A DNA stretch of 64,000 bases from Macrostomum lignano (taxonomy: Eukaryota), in NCBI GenBank assembly GCA_002269645.1, contig NIVC01002599.1, positions 1-64,000 on the forward strand, in the 5' to 3' direction. The translations under genes and the position numbers were made by a program. Each line of letters opens with the position of its first letter. Position 1 is the first letter of the stretch. Positions 11,339 through 33,964 of the stretch are shown here, piece after piece. The notes under the pieces were generated by a model, which saw only the letters and a list, made by a program, of their open reading frames with translations, was not told the DNA's origin and made no database searches.

Positions 11339-13585
11339 ATGCGAGGAGCTCCTAGAAGCCGTGGGCCGTCGCCGCGCCTACCAGGCCGGCTTTCTCTGCC
11401 TGATGGCGCTGGCGGCGGCCCTGCCGGCTATGCAGACCCTGTCAGTCAACTTCACTTTACTGCGCAGGCCGTTCGTGTGCGCGTCAGCGGCTGCTGATGA
11501 CCCGGATATCCGGAATAGCTCCGGTGCAGCAACGGCTTACAACTTCACTGCTGGAGTCATGGACGCCTGCACAGCAAACTGGACTGGCACAAGTTGCCAA
11601 CGGTTGGTCTTTAGCGATCGTCAGATGACAGAAACGGCGCTAGAAACATTTCAGCTCGTGTGCGACCGAGACTACCTAGCAACGGTTGTCAAGGTGATGT
11701 TTATGCTCGGCTTTCTGGCCGGCAGCACCTGCTACGGCCTGCTGTCGGACCGGTGCGGCCGCCGGGGCGCCTTCGCCGCGGCCTGCGCGAACCTCGCCGT
11801 CGCAGGCTCGGTGGGCGCAGTCTCCAAGGACGTCATCACCTACGCCGCCCTCCGCTGCCTGGCCGGCTTCGCCTCGGCCGGCCTGCTCAGCGTCAGCTAC
11901 ACCTGGCACGCCGAGACTCTGCACAATGGCGACCGGTTTCTGCTCAGCCTGCTGATGAAGAATGGCTGGAGTCTGGGCCTTCTCGCCCTGGCCGGGGCGG
12001 CCATGTGGACTCGCGACTGGCGAACCACGGAGCTTCTGGCGTCGGCACCTGCGCTGCTGCTGCTGCCCCCCGCGTGGCTGTTCGCCGCCGAGTCGCCGCG
12101 CTGGCTGCTGATGCGCGGTCGGGCAGCAGCCGCCGAGGCGGCACTGCGCCGGATCGCCCGCGTCAACCGGTCGGCCGGCCGGCTGCAGCGCCTGTTGGAA
12201 CAGCGCCCGGTACAGCGGCAAGAGGAGCAACAGGTGGAACAGTCCGAGCAGCCGCTCGCAGCCAGGTTGGGGAGCGGGGTCTGAAGCGTTAAATAAGTTT
12301 TATTATTGCTCCCCATAAGTTTCTTATCTACTCTACTGTACTGTACACTACTCTATTCTACTCTAACCTAATCTACTCTACGCTACTCTACTCAAATTTT
12401 TCTTTAGACGAACTACTCTACTGTACTCTACTATTATACTCTACTCTACTCAAGTTTACCTTTCTCGTCTCTTTTCGGGTCTTTCAGCCTCGTCCATTCT
12501 ATCCACTCCTCAAGAGTCATATCAATTCATAATTGCGTCTTATTGTATAATGATAGGCTCTTTTAATGACAACAAAAGTTATGGCAATCTGGCTTTTCCA
12601 ATTTTCAGAAGCCTGACAGCCCCAGACGAACCGAATCAGCCTGCAGAACAGAGCGAACAGACAGCGCCGAAGCAAAAGTCTCCAGCTAACGCCACGGCAG
12701 CGCTGCCGCTGCTCAGCCTGCTGCGCCGACCGCCGCTGCGCCAGCTGGCCCTGACGGTCTGGTGCACCTTCGCCGTGGTCAGCGCCGGCTACTACGGCCT
12801 GGCGCTCGGCTGGTCCGACCTGCTCGTCCAGCGCAGTGGTGGCGGAGGCGAAACCGGCGCTTTCGCTGGTGCGGCGATGGCCGCCGGAGCCGAGGTGGTC
12901 GCCCGTCTGGCCGGCATGGCAGCGGGCGGCTGCTGCGGCCGGGTATCGCTGCTTCTGGCCGCCAACGGAGTCGGCGCTGTGGCGCTGCTTGCGCTAGCGG
13001 CCGGCGCGCCCGGGTTCGCCGGTCGGCTGGCCGCGGCGCTGTTCGGCCGGTTCGGCCTCCTGCTGGCCTTCGAGGCGGCCTGGCTGCACGCCAGCGAAGC
13101 TTTCCCGACGCCGGCCAGGAACTCCTGCGTCGGCGTCGCTTCGACCTCCGCCAGAGTCGGCGGCGTAGTCGCCGCTCAGCTGGGCCTCCTGGCCGGAGTC
13201 TGGCGGCCGCTGCCGCCGCTGCTGTGTGGCCTCCTGGCCGCGGCCGGCTGCTGCCTGGCGCTGTTCCTGCCAGAGACGCGGCAGAGCCGGCCGCCGGACA
13301 GCCTGGAGGAGGCCGAGCAGCTGTGCGCAGGCAGCCGAATTGTCGATCGACTTTACGCCGCCGGAGCAGCCGGCGCTGACGCTTGTCGTCGGCTTTGTCG
13401 AAGTCGAAGTCAGCCGCGTCAACCGGCTGGCGAGGCAGTCGTCAAGGAGGGTGTGGCGGCGGATGCGACAGCGCAGTTGACGGGCAGCGCCGGTTCCAAG
13501 GCTGCGGGCACGGGCGCCGGCTTGAAGGTCCCGAAGCTTCGCCTGAACTCCGGCTCAGATCTTGGCGGCGCTGGCGGAACAGCTA

Positions 13586-13623
<38 letters not shown>

Positions 13624-13755
13624 TCAAATGACGACTCGAGCCGACGCGTCTCCGACTTCGGGGAGGATTTCAGCGACCTGTCGGATTCGTCCTCGGTGTC
13701 CCATCTGGCGACGCGCGGCTCCAGCGATCCCCTAGAGATTGAGATCGAGCCGTAG
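11339..13755 (+). CDS. SLC22-family (organic cation/anion) MFS transporter; exons about 11339-12265 and 12609-13755; start uncertain
   Basis: Motifs: EELLEAVG...YQ N-terminus, ETFQLVCDR, YGLLSDRCGRR, AESPRWLL, SEAFPTPARN, LFLPET. The intron 12266-12608 is GT-AG and joins in frame (ag+a = Arg). The ATG at 11339 is one base out of frame with the rest. Confidence 0.9.
12325..12460 (+). repeat. Degenerate (CTACT)n low-complexity tract in the SLC22 intron
   Basis: Read directly from the sequence. Confidence 0.8.
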
Positions 13756-13811
13756 ACTTAGTTTTGGGTCGTTATTTGAAAAGATGCTTGGACTAGTAAT
13801 AAAAGTCATCA

Positions 13812-14522
13812 GGGAAGTGATGGAGTGTGTTGGTGAGTAATTGAGTGTGTTGGTGAGTGATTGAGTGCGTTGGTGAGTGATTGAGTGTGTTGGGAAGTGA
13901 TGGAGTGTTTTGGTGAGTGATTGAGTGTGTTGGGAAGTGATGGAGTGTGTTGGTGAGTGATTGAGTGTGTTGGTGAGTGATTGAGTGCCGTTGGTGAGTG
14001 ATTGAGTGCGTTGGTGAGTGATTGAGTGTGTTGGGAAGTGATGGAGTGTGTTGGTGAGTGATTGAGTGCGTTGGTGAGTGATTGAGTGCGTTGGTGAGTG
14101 ACTGAGTGTGTTGGTGAGTGACTGAGTGTGTTGGTGAGTGATTGAGTGCGTTGGTGAGTGATTGAATGTGTTGGGAAGTGATGGAGTGTGTTGGTGAGTG
14201 ATTGAGTGCCGTTGGTGAGTGATTGAGTGCGTTGGTGAGTGACTGAGTGTGTTGGTGAGTGATTGAGTGCGTTGGTGAGTGATTGAGTGCATTGGTGAGT
14301 GATTGAGTGCGTTGGTGAGTGACTGAGTGTGTTGGTGAGTGACTGAGTGTGTTGGTGAGTGATTGAATGTGTTGGGAAGTGATGGAGTGTGTTGGTGAGT
14401 GATTGAGTGTGTTGGTGAGTGATTGAGTGTGTTGGTGAGTGATTGAGTGTGTTGGGAAGTGATGGAGTGTGTTGGTGAGTGATTGAGTATATTGGGAAGT
14501 GATGGAGTGTGTTGGAGAGTGA
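13812..14522 (+). repeat. 20/21-bp tandem array (gagtgtgttggtgagtgatt), about 34 copies
   Basis: Read directly. It generates the spurious HSITHQ-type ORFs. Confidence 0.95.
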
Positions 14523-14824
14523 TTTTAAAAAAGTGTAATTCAAAACTTTTTTGCGATTTAGCTGCCACAAAATTAGCTGATCTTCAATCGTCGTAACGAA
14601 TTGACTGGAAAATTCACCGTGTGTAGCTCGTAGTTAGTTTTTTAACGGTTTAAGCTTTGTTTTTACCTTTTTCTAAGTTCCAATCTTTAAAATCTGTAAA
14701 TTTCTGCTTGTCTCAATCAGTTTTCATACGTTTAAGAAAATTGTGTCTTATGGTCCTCGAAAAAACAAATTACACTCTGAGAAACAGCTGATGATACTGA
14801 AAAGCATTGCCTGGTTTGTTTTCA

Positions 14825-15015
14825 CCGCGGTTTACCGGTTTACTAGTTTTACTAGTTCACCGTTTCACTGGTTTACTTGTTCACTGGTTTACTTGTTCAC
14901 TGGTTCAGTAGTTTACCAGTTCTCCGGTTTACAAGTTCACCGGTTCACCGGTTGATTGGTTCACTGGTTTACTAGTTCACCGGTTTACTGGTTCACTGGT
15001 TTACTTGTTCACTGA
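14825..15015 (+). repeat. Degenerate array of about 15-16 bp (gtttactggttcactg-like)
   Basis: Read directly from the sequence. Confidence 0.75.
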
Positions 15016-15574
15016 ATCCATGCATGGTTCACTGACTCGCCGGATTCTTTTTCTCAGGTGAGGCTGAATCTCATGCACAATCACAGCGGTTGCTAGCAGG
15101 GACTAACCTTGTTTTAATTGGTGAGAGCGGTACCCGTAAACATGCTAAGCCAAACGGCATTTTATTGTTTCATCGAGTAGACGCCGCGATTGAGTCCCGT
15201 ATTTTCCAAGCAATTTGCAATCTTTGCTTTAAGCCGTTTTTGTCTTTTTAAAATGAACGAGGTATGAAATGAAGATGGATCGAGGACAAAAGTGCATGAA
15301 CTGGATGTACTTTTTAATTCGAAGTCAACAGCCATCCGGCTCTAGGCTGTTGCTCTAAAATCATTTTTATTCAGCTTTGATTTCTCAACGGATTGGAGTC
15401 TAATAGAGAGAGAAAGCAAAATTCAATTAGGCGCTGGCTAGAAAATCTTGTACTGGTCGGGCAGCGGGGAAAATACTCTGCAGTGGAGTCCATAAAATGA
15501 CAAAACATCCATTATGCATCCCAGCTAGGTAAAAAATATATATACTGATAAAAATTTATACAGAGGCGCCCTAG

Positions 15575-16240
15575 TGACCTGGTGCGGAGTTGTCTTAGGG
15601 GTAAAGACTCACTGGGCCAACACCCACCATCCCATCTGGTGCGGACCTGTCTTAGGGGTAGAGAGACATTGCAGCCACTCACTGAGCCAACACCCACCAC
15701 CCCATCTGGTGCGGACCTGTCTTAGGGGTAGAGAGACATTGAGCCACTCACTGGGCCAACACCCACCACCCCATCTGGTGCGGACCTGTCTTAGGGGTAG
15801 AGAGACATTGCAGCCACTCACTGGGCCAACACCCACCACCCCATCTGGTGCGGACCAGTCTTAGGGGTAGAGAGACATTGCAGCCACTCACTGGGCCAAC
15901 ACCCACCACCCCATCTGGTGCGGATCTGTTTTGGGGGTAGAGGGACATTGCAGCCACTCACTGGGCCAACACCCACCACCCCATCTGGTGCGGATCTGTT
16001 TTGGGGGGTAGAGAGACATTGCAGCCACTCACTGGGCCAACACCCACAACCCCATCTGGTGCGGACCTGTCTTAGGGGTAGAGAGACATTGCAGCCACTC
16101 ACTGGGCCAACACCCCCCACCCCATCTGGAGCGGACGTGTCTTGGGTAGAGGGACATTGCAGCCACTCACTGGGCCAACACCCACCACCCCATCTGGTGC
16201 GGACCTGTCTTGGGTAGAGAGACATTGCAGCCACTCACTG
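15575..16240 (+). repeat. 70-bp minisatellite, about 9 copies
   Basis: Unit: ccccatctggtgcggacctgtcttaggggtagagagacattgcagccactcactgggccaacacccacca. Confidence 0.95.
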
Positions 16241-16702
16241 CAGCCGACGCTAGGAGAATGTTATTTAGTTGGAATCCAGCTTCTCTATGACAAACTTACA
16301 GTGCAGTACAGTAAGTACAGTACAAAACTGGACTGGAAAAAATTGCAGCAGGCCACAGAGTCAGTTTACATAAATAGTCAAGTACAATACGAAAATAAAT
16401 ACAATGCGAATATAAGTACAATACAAGGTCTACTTGTATCAAATGCTACAATATTTTCACTAGAGTAGGCTGTTCAATCTAAACTAGAATAAATAGTGTG
16501 GTGAGGCGGGAATACGAGTATACATGCGTTAGTATCAGATTACTTTCTCGTAGCAGAAAGCAGCCGTGAAAACAGTTTTTACGCTGTCGTATACATGCAC
16601 AGTAGAGTAGCTTAAAAGCCAACAATGTTTGAAAAATATAATAAAAAGCAATTTATAACAATAAAATAGCATTATGAGCATTTCTGCATCAATTCAGCGT
16701 TT

Positions 16703-17850
16703 AGATCACCTGTAACTAGATCATCTGTCACTGGATCACCTGTCACTAGATCACCTGTCACTAGATCACCTGTCACTAGATCACTTGTCACTATATCACT
16801 TGTCACTGGATCACCTGTCACTGGATCACCTGTCACTAGATCACCTGTCACTGGATCACCTGTCACTGGATCACCTGTCACTAGATCACCTGTCACTAGA
16901 TCACCTGTCACTAGATCACTTGTCACTATATCACTTGTCACTGGATCACCTGTCACTGGATCACCTGTCACTAGATCACCTGTCACTGGATCACCTGTCA
17001 CTGGATCAAACCTGTCACTGGATCAAACATGTCACTGGATCACCTGTCACTGGATCAAACCTGTCACTGGATCACCTGTCACTGGATCAAACCTGTCACT
17101 GGATCAAACCTGTCACTAGATCACCTGTCACTGGATCACCTGTCACTGGATCACCTGTCACTGGATCAAACCTGTCACTGGATCACCTGTCACTAGATCA
17201 CCTGTCACTGGATCACCTGTCACTGGATCATCTGTCACTGGATCAAACCTGTCACTGGATCAAACCTGTCACTGGATCAAACCTGTCACTGGATCATCTG
17301 TCACTGGATCAAACCTGTCACTGGATCACCTGTCACTAGATCACCTGTCACTAGATCACCTGTCACTAGATCACCTGTCACTAGATCACCTGTCACTAGA
17401 TCACCTGTCACTGGATCACCTGTCACTAGATCACCTGTCACTAGATCACCTGTCACTAGATCACCTGTCACTAGATCACCTGTCACTGGATCACCTGTCA
17501 CTGGATCAAACCTGTCACTGGATCAAACCTGTCACTGGATCATCTGTCACTGAATCAAACATGTCACTGGATCAAACCTGTCACTGGATCAAACCTGTCA
17601 CTGGATCATCTGTCACTGAATCAAACATGTCACTGGATCAAACCTCTCAGTAGATCACCTGTCACTGGATCAAACCTGTCACTGGATCATCTGTCACTGG
17701 ATCAAACCTGTCACTGGATCACCTGTCACTGGATCAAACCTGTCACTGGATCAAACCTGTCACTGGATCATCTGTCACTGGATCACCTGTCACTGGATCA
17801 AACCTCTCAGTAGATCACCTGTCACCCGATCACCTGTATTTCCTGTCACT
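16703..17850 (+). repeat. 15-bp tandem array (gatcacctgtcactg/a) with a 16-bp variant, about 75 copies
   Basis: Read directly from the sequence. Confidence 0.95.
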
Positions 17851-17999
17851 GGAAACTAGACTACCTATCACTTGTTCATCGGGAGATCAGATCGCAATTA
17901 TTACTAGCCGCCGTTCTCACAAATTAAAATGAAAATTCCAACAGCTGGACTTCTAAACCAGTTCTACAGTGCACCGCCAACCCCTATCCGACAGCTGAT

Positions 18000-29125
<11,126 letters not shown>

Positions 29126-29980
29126 GCCGAACTTTTGTCGATCGATCTGGCGATCTCTATCTAGCTCGGTTACTATTTGAAGAGACTCTCTCTACGTGCT
29201 GAAGCTGCTGTCCTTTGTGTGCTTGCACTTACTCCCAGGCCATGGCTCAGGCTGAGCAGGGGGAGGCTGAGAGAGGGGGCGAAAATGAAGCGGAAGCAAG
29301 AAGCGAAAATCGGTGCGCACTGCTGCTTCATTCGCGGGCAGGAGGGCAGCAAATCGGTCGGGACGCGGAGCTCTGGATGTAGCAACTGGACGGGGAACTG
29401 GCTGAGCCTGACACATTCCCCAGTCAGCCACACTCATTCAGGCTGATTGTTCAGCAAGTCATTAGTTTTAAAAAGTGCTTAATTAACCATCTGGCGTCAG
29501 AAAAAGATGAGATGAGATGTTTAAACGTATTCCAGAGTCTGTGAGACCTTTTGAGGTCAACTACTCGTATGTCAGTGTGTTCAATAAGATCAATCACATC
29601 AATGCATACAATCAGATCAATGAAATCTATGACATCAATGAGATGAAACGTGACCTGACCTGAGTCACGAACTTGAGAAACCCAAGTAGAAATTAGTAAG
29701 AAAACCTTTAGTCACTCAGTTTCCACTCCAGATAGCTAATATAATTCTAGAAGTCCATAGCCTGGAGCTGGGGTTGGGCTTACACCAACTCAGAAGCAGC
29801 CACAGCCAATGGTTTTTTTGCTGATCGCGAGGCAGGCGCTGCCGGACTGTAGAAGAGCCGCGCCCAAGATTTCTTGATTCGCTGTACCTTTGGCAAACCT
29901 AACCTAGCCTGCATGCCCTTCTGCCACCCAGTTACCGGCTGACTGGCTTCCATTCTTGAGAGTCCCCGCTAAGCCGAATA

Positions 29981-29982
29981 GC

Positions 29983-30054
<72 letters not shown>

Positions 30055-30226
30055 GGGAGAGGGGGGAGAGGAAGAGAGGGAGAGAGGAAGAGAGGGAGAG
30101 AGGAAGAGAGGGAGAGGGAGGGGAAGAGAGGGAGAGAGAGAGGGAGAAAGATGGAGAGAGAGGGGAAGAGAGGGAGGGAGGGAGAGAGGGAGAGAGGGAG
30201 AGAGAGAGAGGGGGAGAGAGACAGAG
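29981..30226 (+). repeat. GA-rich polypurine tract
   Basis: Read directly from the sequence. Confidence 0.95.
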
Positions 30227-32313
30227 ATTTGGCTACTGGTTTCAAGCCTTTGTCTGGCCTCTTTGTCAGGCCAAAAAATTGCGTACAATGCAATGCAAGT
30301 TTGTCTTTCAAGTATGATTTATAACAGTCTGGTAAAATCGATGAGCGGATGTTGATATCAGGGATGTAAATCTAATGAACTGTTCTATCTACGAGCTAGC
30401 TCTACCTTGTCCCAGAGGCTTCAACCAGTCATTTTAATCGAAAGGATATTTAGTGTGTTAAAAAGTGTTTTTATTCAAGGTAAACAATTAAATGAAATGC
30501 AGATATCGAAGTGGGAGCACAAAAGTCAATGTTGCAAGTACGAACGCGAAGTGTAAATAAAAGAGAGAGGGAGAGAGAAAGGGAGAGATAGGGAGAGAGA
30601 CAGAGCAGACAGAGAGGTTGAAGCTAAGGATTTTCAGTAGACATTATTAATAATATTAGCAATAAGGATAAACATAATTATAAGCACGATGGACTGCAGT
30701 ACATAAGAATACTCGTATGTGTGTTGCTTCTTCATTTCCTGGTCACGCTTTTCTCATATCAATAAACAATATCTAATAGACCTTTGTTGTGCACCGAAGC
30801 AGACCAACTAAAAAGGATCAAGCATTGTTGATCTTTATTAGTGCTTCGGTCCATTTGTATTTTTTTCATTTACGGTGCCGCCTTTGCAGTCAAAGAGAGC
30901 GCGCATCAATGCAGCTGTTTGCGGACCGTTTTCTAGAGCTATTTTTAGCGCGTGCTAAAATTGAACGGAGAGAATTTTCATCAAGTAAAAATGTAATTGT
31001 TTTTTATATTGAAATTATTCAGTATCATATTGTTTTATCTAATTAAACCGTTTCATAAATCTCATTTGATATCATTGATCTCATTGATACCATTAATCGC
31101 GTTGAAATCATTGATCTCATAGAGCTCATCCATCTCATTGGTAGAATTGATCTAAAAAATCTTATTGATTTCAATGATCCCATTTAACTCATCGATCTCA
31201 TTGCTATCATTGATCTCATTGATCTCACTGATCGTTTTGACGTCATTATTTTGATTTACCGAATTTTCTCTCTCTGTTCTGGAGCTGCCACTGTCTCGTG
31301 GTATTTCTTAAACTTTTCGTTTGCAATAGCTACATGTACGTTCAATTAGACTAACATATTTATTTTGCTCATACGTACAGTCCCTAATTATATTGATCGC
31401 ACCACTTTCATTCTTCACTGATCGCCCCACCCCACATTACGCTCACGTGTATTGTACGCTTTCACTCAGCTCATTAAATATATCGACCCAGAGCATCTCG
31501 CTCAAGAGGCCTTTTTCGTTTTTCATCGTTTCAATAGCGCAGCATATAGTTTGTCTTTCATCTCGAGTTATTCTAGCAACCACTCTCTGTATATTTAATT
31601 GATTTATTAACCGATAAATTGATTGACTGACTGATTTCTGCTAATCATCGGAAAGAAAATAATGCAAATTACACGTAGATCTAATTGGTCTCCAATTGGG
31701 GGGAGGCATATATTTAGCACAGATAAACCCGAACCAAATAAAAAGTTTGTGTCGAACTTGAAGGGCAAAAATTAAGAGCACAGGCGGTGATAAACTCGAT
31801 GAGAAGAACGTTTGCACAATTGCAGTTCTGCTGGTTTAATAGCTCGATTATATATAGGAAAATATATATCAACAATTATGGCTGAAAAAAGAAACAAAGG
31901 TTAAAAATTTCCCAAGAAAAGAAAGAAACTGCGGAATGGACGGATAAGTTGACAAAGGTTCCATTTTGGGTAAAGTTATGTGTCTATCAGAAACAGGCTA
32001 CAGTCTTGAAATCATGCAAAAATATAATATTGGATTATTTTCCTTTTATCATGCACAATCAAAAGGAAAAAACTTAAAAAATTGCACTACGAAAATGGGG
32101 AGAGTCTACAACGGAATTATTTTCTAACAGTGATAAACGTGTAGCTTGAGTTTATCTAAAAAATTATTTCTCAATTTCAATTTCAATTTTCAATCTGCTT
32201 TAAAGTTTCAAAGAAAGTTTGCTAACGATTTTTTAAAGGGAATAAGACTCTTGAAATCTAAGCACAAAAACCTCGTTTGCACTACTGACAGTAGCTAGTA
32301 GACGAGTAGTAAA

Positions 32314-33964
32314 TCAAAGGATGCTATCCCAGTTAAAGTCGTCTTCAACAACATCTTGGCCAGCATCGTGAGCCGGCCGGTGCGGCTGCTGCTGGCTTGG
32401 CGGCTGATGGTGGCCCCAGCGTGGCGGCAGCGGCGGCGGCGGCTGCGATCGAGCGGTCGCTTGGGCCTGACGCCGCTGCACATCGCTGCCGACAGTCGGC
32501 AGCGGGATGACGGCTGCCGTCGCTGCCGCTGGTCCGGCGCCACCCAGGCCGCCTTGATAGACGTTGGACTCGGCAGCGGCGGGCGGGCGCGAGCCGGAGC
32601 GGCAGTGATCCCACAGGTCGTGCAGGGCGCTGTCCGACAGCTGGAAGCTGTCCTTCAACTGTGGCAGCATTCGCTGCACAAAGTCCAGAGTTGAAGCTGA
32701 CAGGTCAGGTGGTTGGCAGGGCGCGCTAACGCCGCTGCCGCTGCTGCCGCCGCTGCCGCCGCTGCCACCGCTGCTGCCGCCGCCAGCCTCGATGCTAGCG
32801 AAAGCGCCGCTGCTGCCACCAGAGGAGGATTCGCCGAGCAGGGAGCGGCAGATTGTCTGCAGAGAAGCGCTCAGACTGAGCTGGTCTGTTGTGCCAGCCG
32901 ACGGTGGCGACAGTGGCGGTGGCGGCGGAGTCAGACAGGGTGACGGATCCGGCCGGTTGGCAAACTGCATTGTTGCTGACGGCGCTGGCAGCTGCTGGGG
33001 CGCCTGAGCACCGGCCGACTCGGGAGCGAAGGCGGCTCCAAGCACCTGGTCGCTCTGGCTACCCATGAGTGCGGCCAAAGCGCCAACGGTGCTGTCTGTC
33101 AGAATTCCGTCTTGGCCAGAGACACCGCTGGCCGCTAGTGGGGCCTGTTGCGGTGCCTCGCTCATGAAGCTGGCAAATCCCGGGGAGGAAGTGTTGCCGT
33201 TTTTAACGGCGCCAAGATCGACAACTCCATGCTGAGGATGTTGGTCGCCAGAGTCTGTCACAGTTATGGTTGGCATCCGCGTGGCTGAACTGGCCTGCGT
33301 GCTTTCGGGTCGGAATCCTTCTCTTAGACTCCAATAGCAGCCTTTACCCAGGTCGCCCTTGTCTCTTGGTACTTTGATGAAGCATTTGTTAAGAGACAGA
33401 TTGTGCCGGATAGAATTCTAAAAGTTTATAAATATTTATTTTGTGTGGCTTCTGTATGCGAAACATGAATAGTTTTCTTTACAAATCTACTTGATCAAAT
33501 TTTAATCGAATATGGAATCAAGTTGTGATCGTTTTCAGAAAATTGCAAATTCAGTTTTTCAATTAATAAAAACGTATTTATGTGTTGCGTCAGTAGAACA
33601 TTCAAAAAAGCAAAAAAATCAGTTATGTAAAAATTCAGTCAAAATATAACAATATACCTACCTTCCAACCATTTCGAGCATCCTTATAATATGGAAAGTT
33701 GTCAGTGATCCATTTATATATTTGACGCAATGACATTCGCTTCGACCTGGTGCTTGAAATAGCAAATTTAATTAAAGTAGAATAGCTGTGGGATGGCTTC
33801 CCAGTCTCTCGCTCGATTGGTCGAAAATCCTCAAAGTGTTTCGAGCTTGATGGATTTGTGAGCGACAAGCTTGATTCCAGGAGCTCATTTTTTGCAGGAG
33901 CGATGTTTACATCGACTGCAGATAGCCAGTCCATTGTAGTTAGACTGTTATCACACTCTGCCAT
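32314..33964 (-). CDS. FoxJ2/3: Forkhead transcription factor, FoxJ2/3 class, 468 aa; exons 33964-33662 and 33417-32314
   Basis: N-terminal SLTTMDWL motif. Forkhead domain [10 protein letters not shown]...[12 protein letters not shown]...GWK|[18 protein letters not shown]...GKGCYW. The C-terminal DDFNWDSIL is typical of FOXJ2/3. The intron is GT-AG, phase 0. Confidence 0.9.

Noticed and set aside
15575-16240. CRISPR-like appearance of this and other arrays
   Set aside because: The units are head-to-tail with no unique spacers, there are no cas genes, and the context is eukaryotic.
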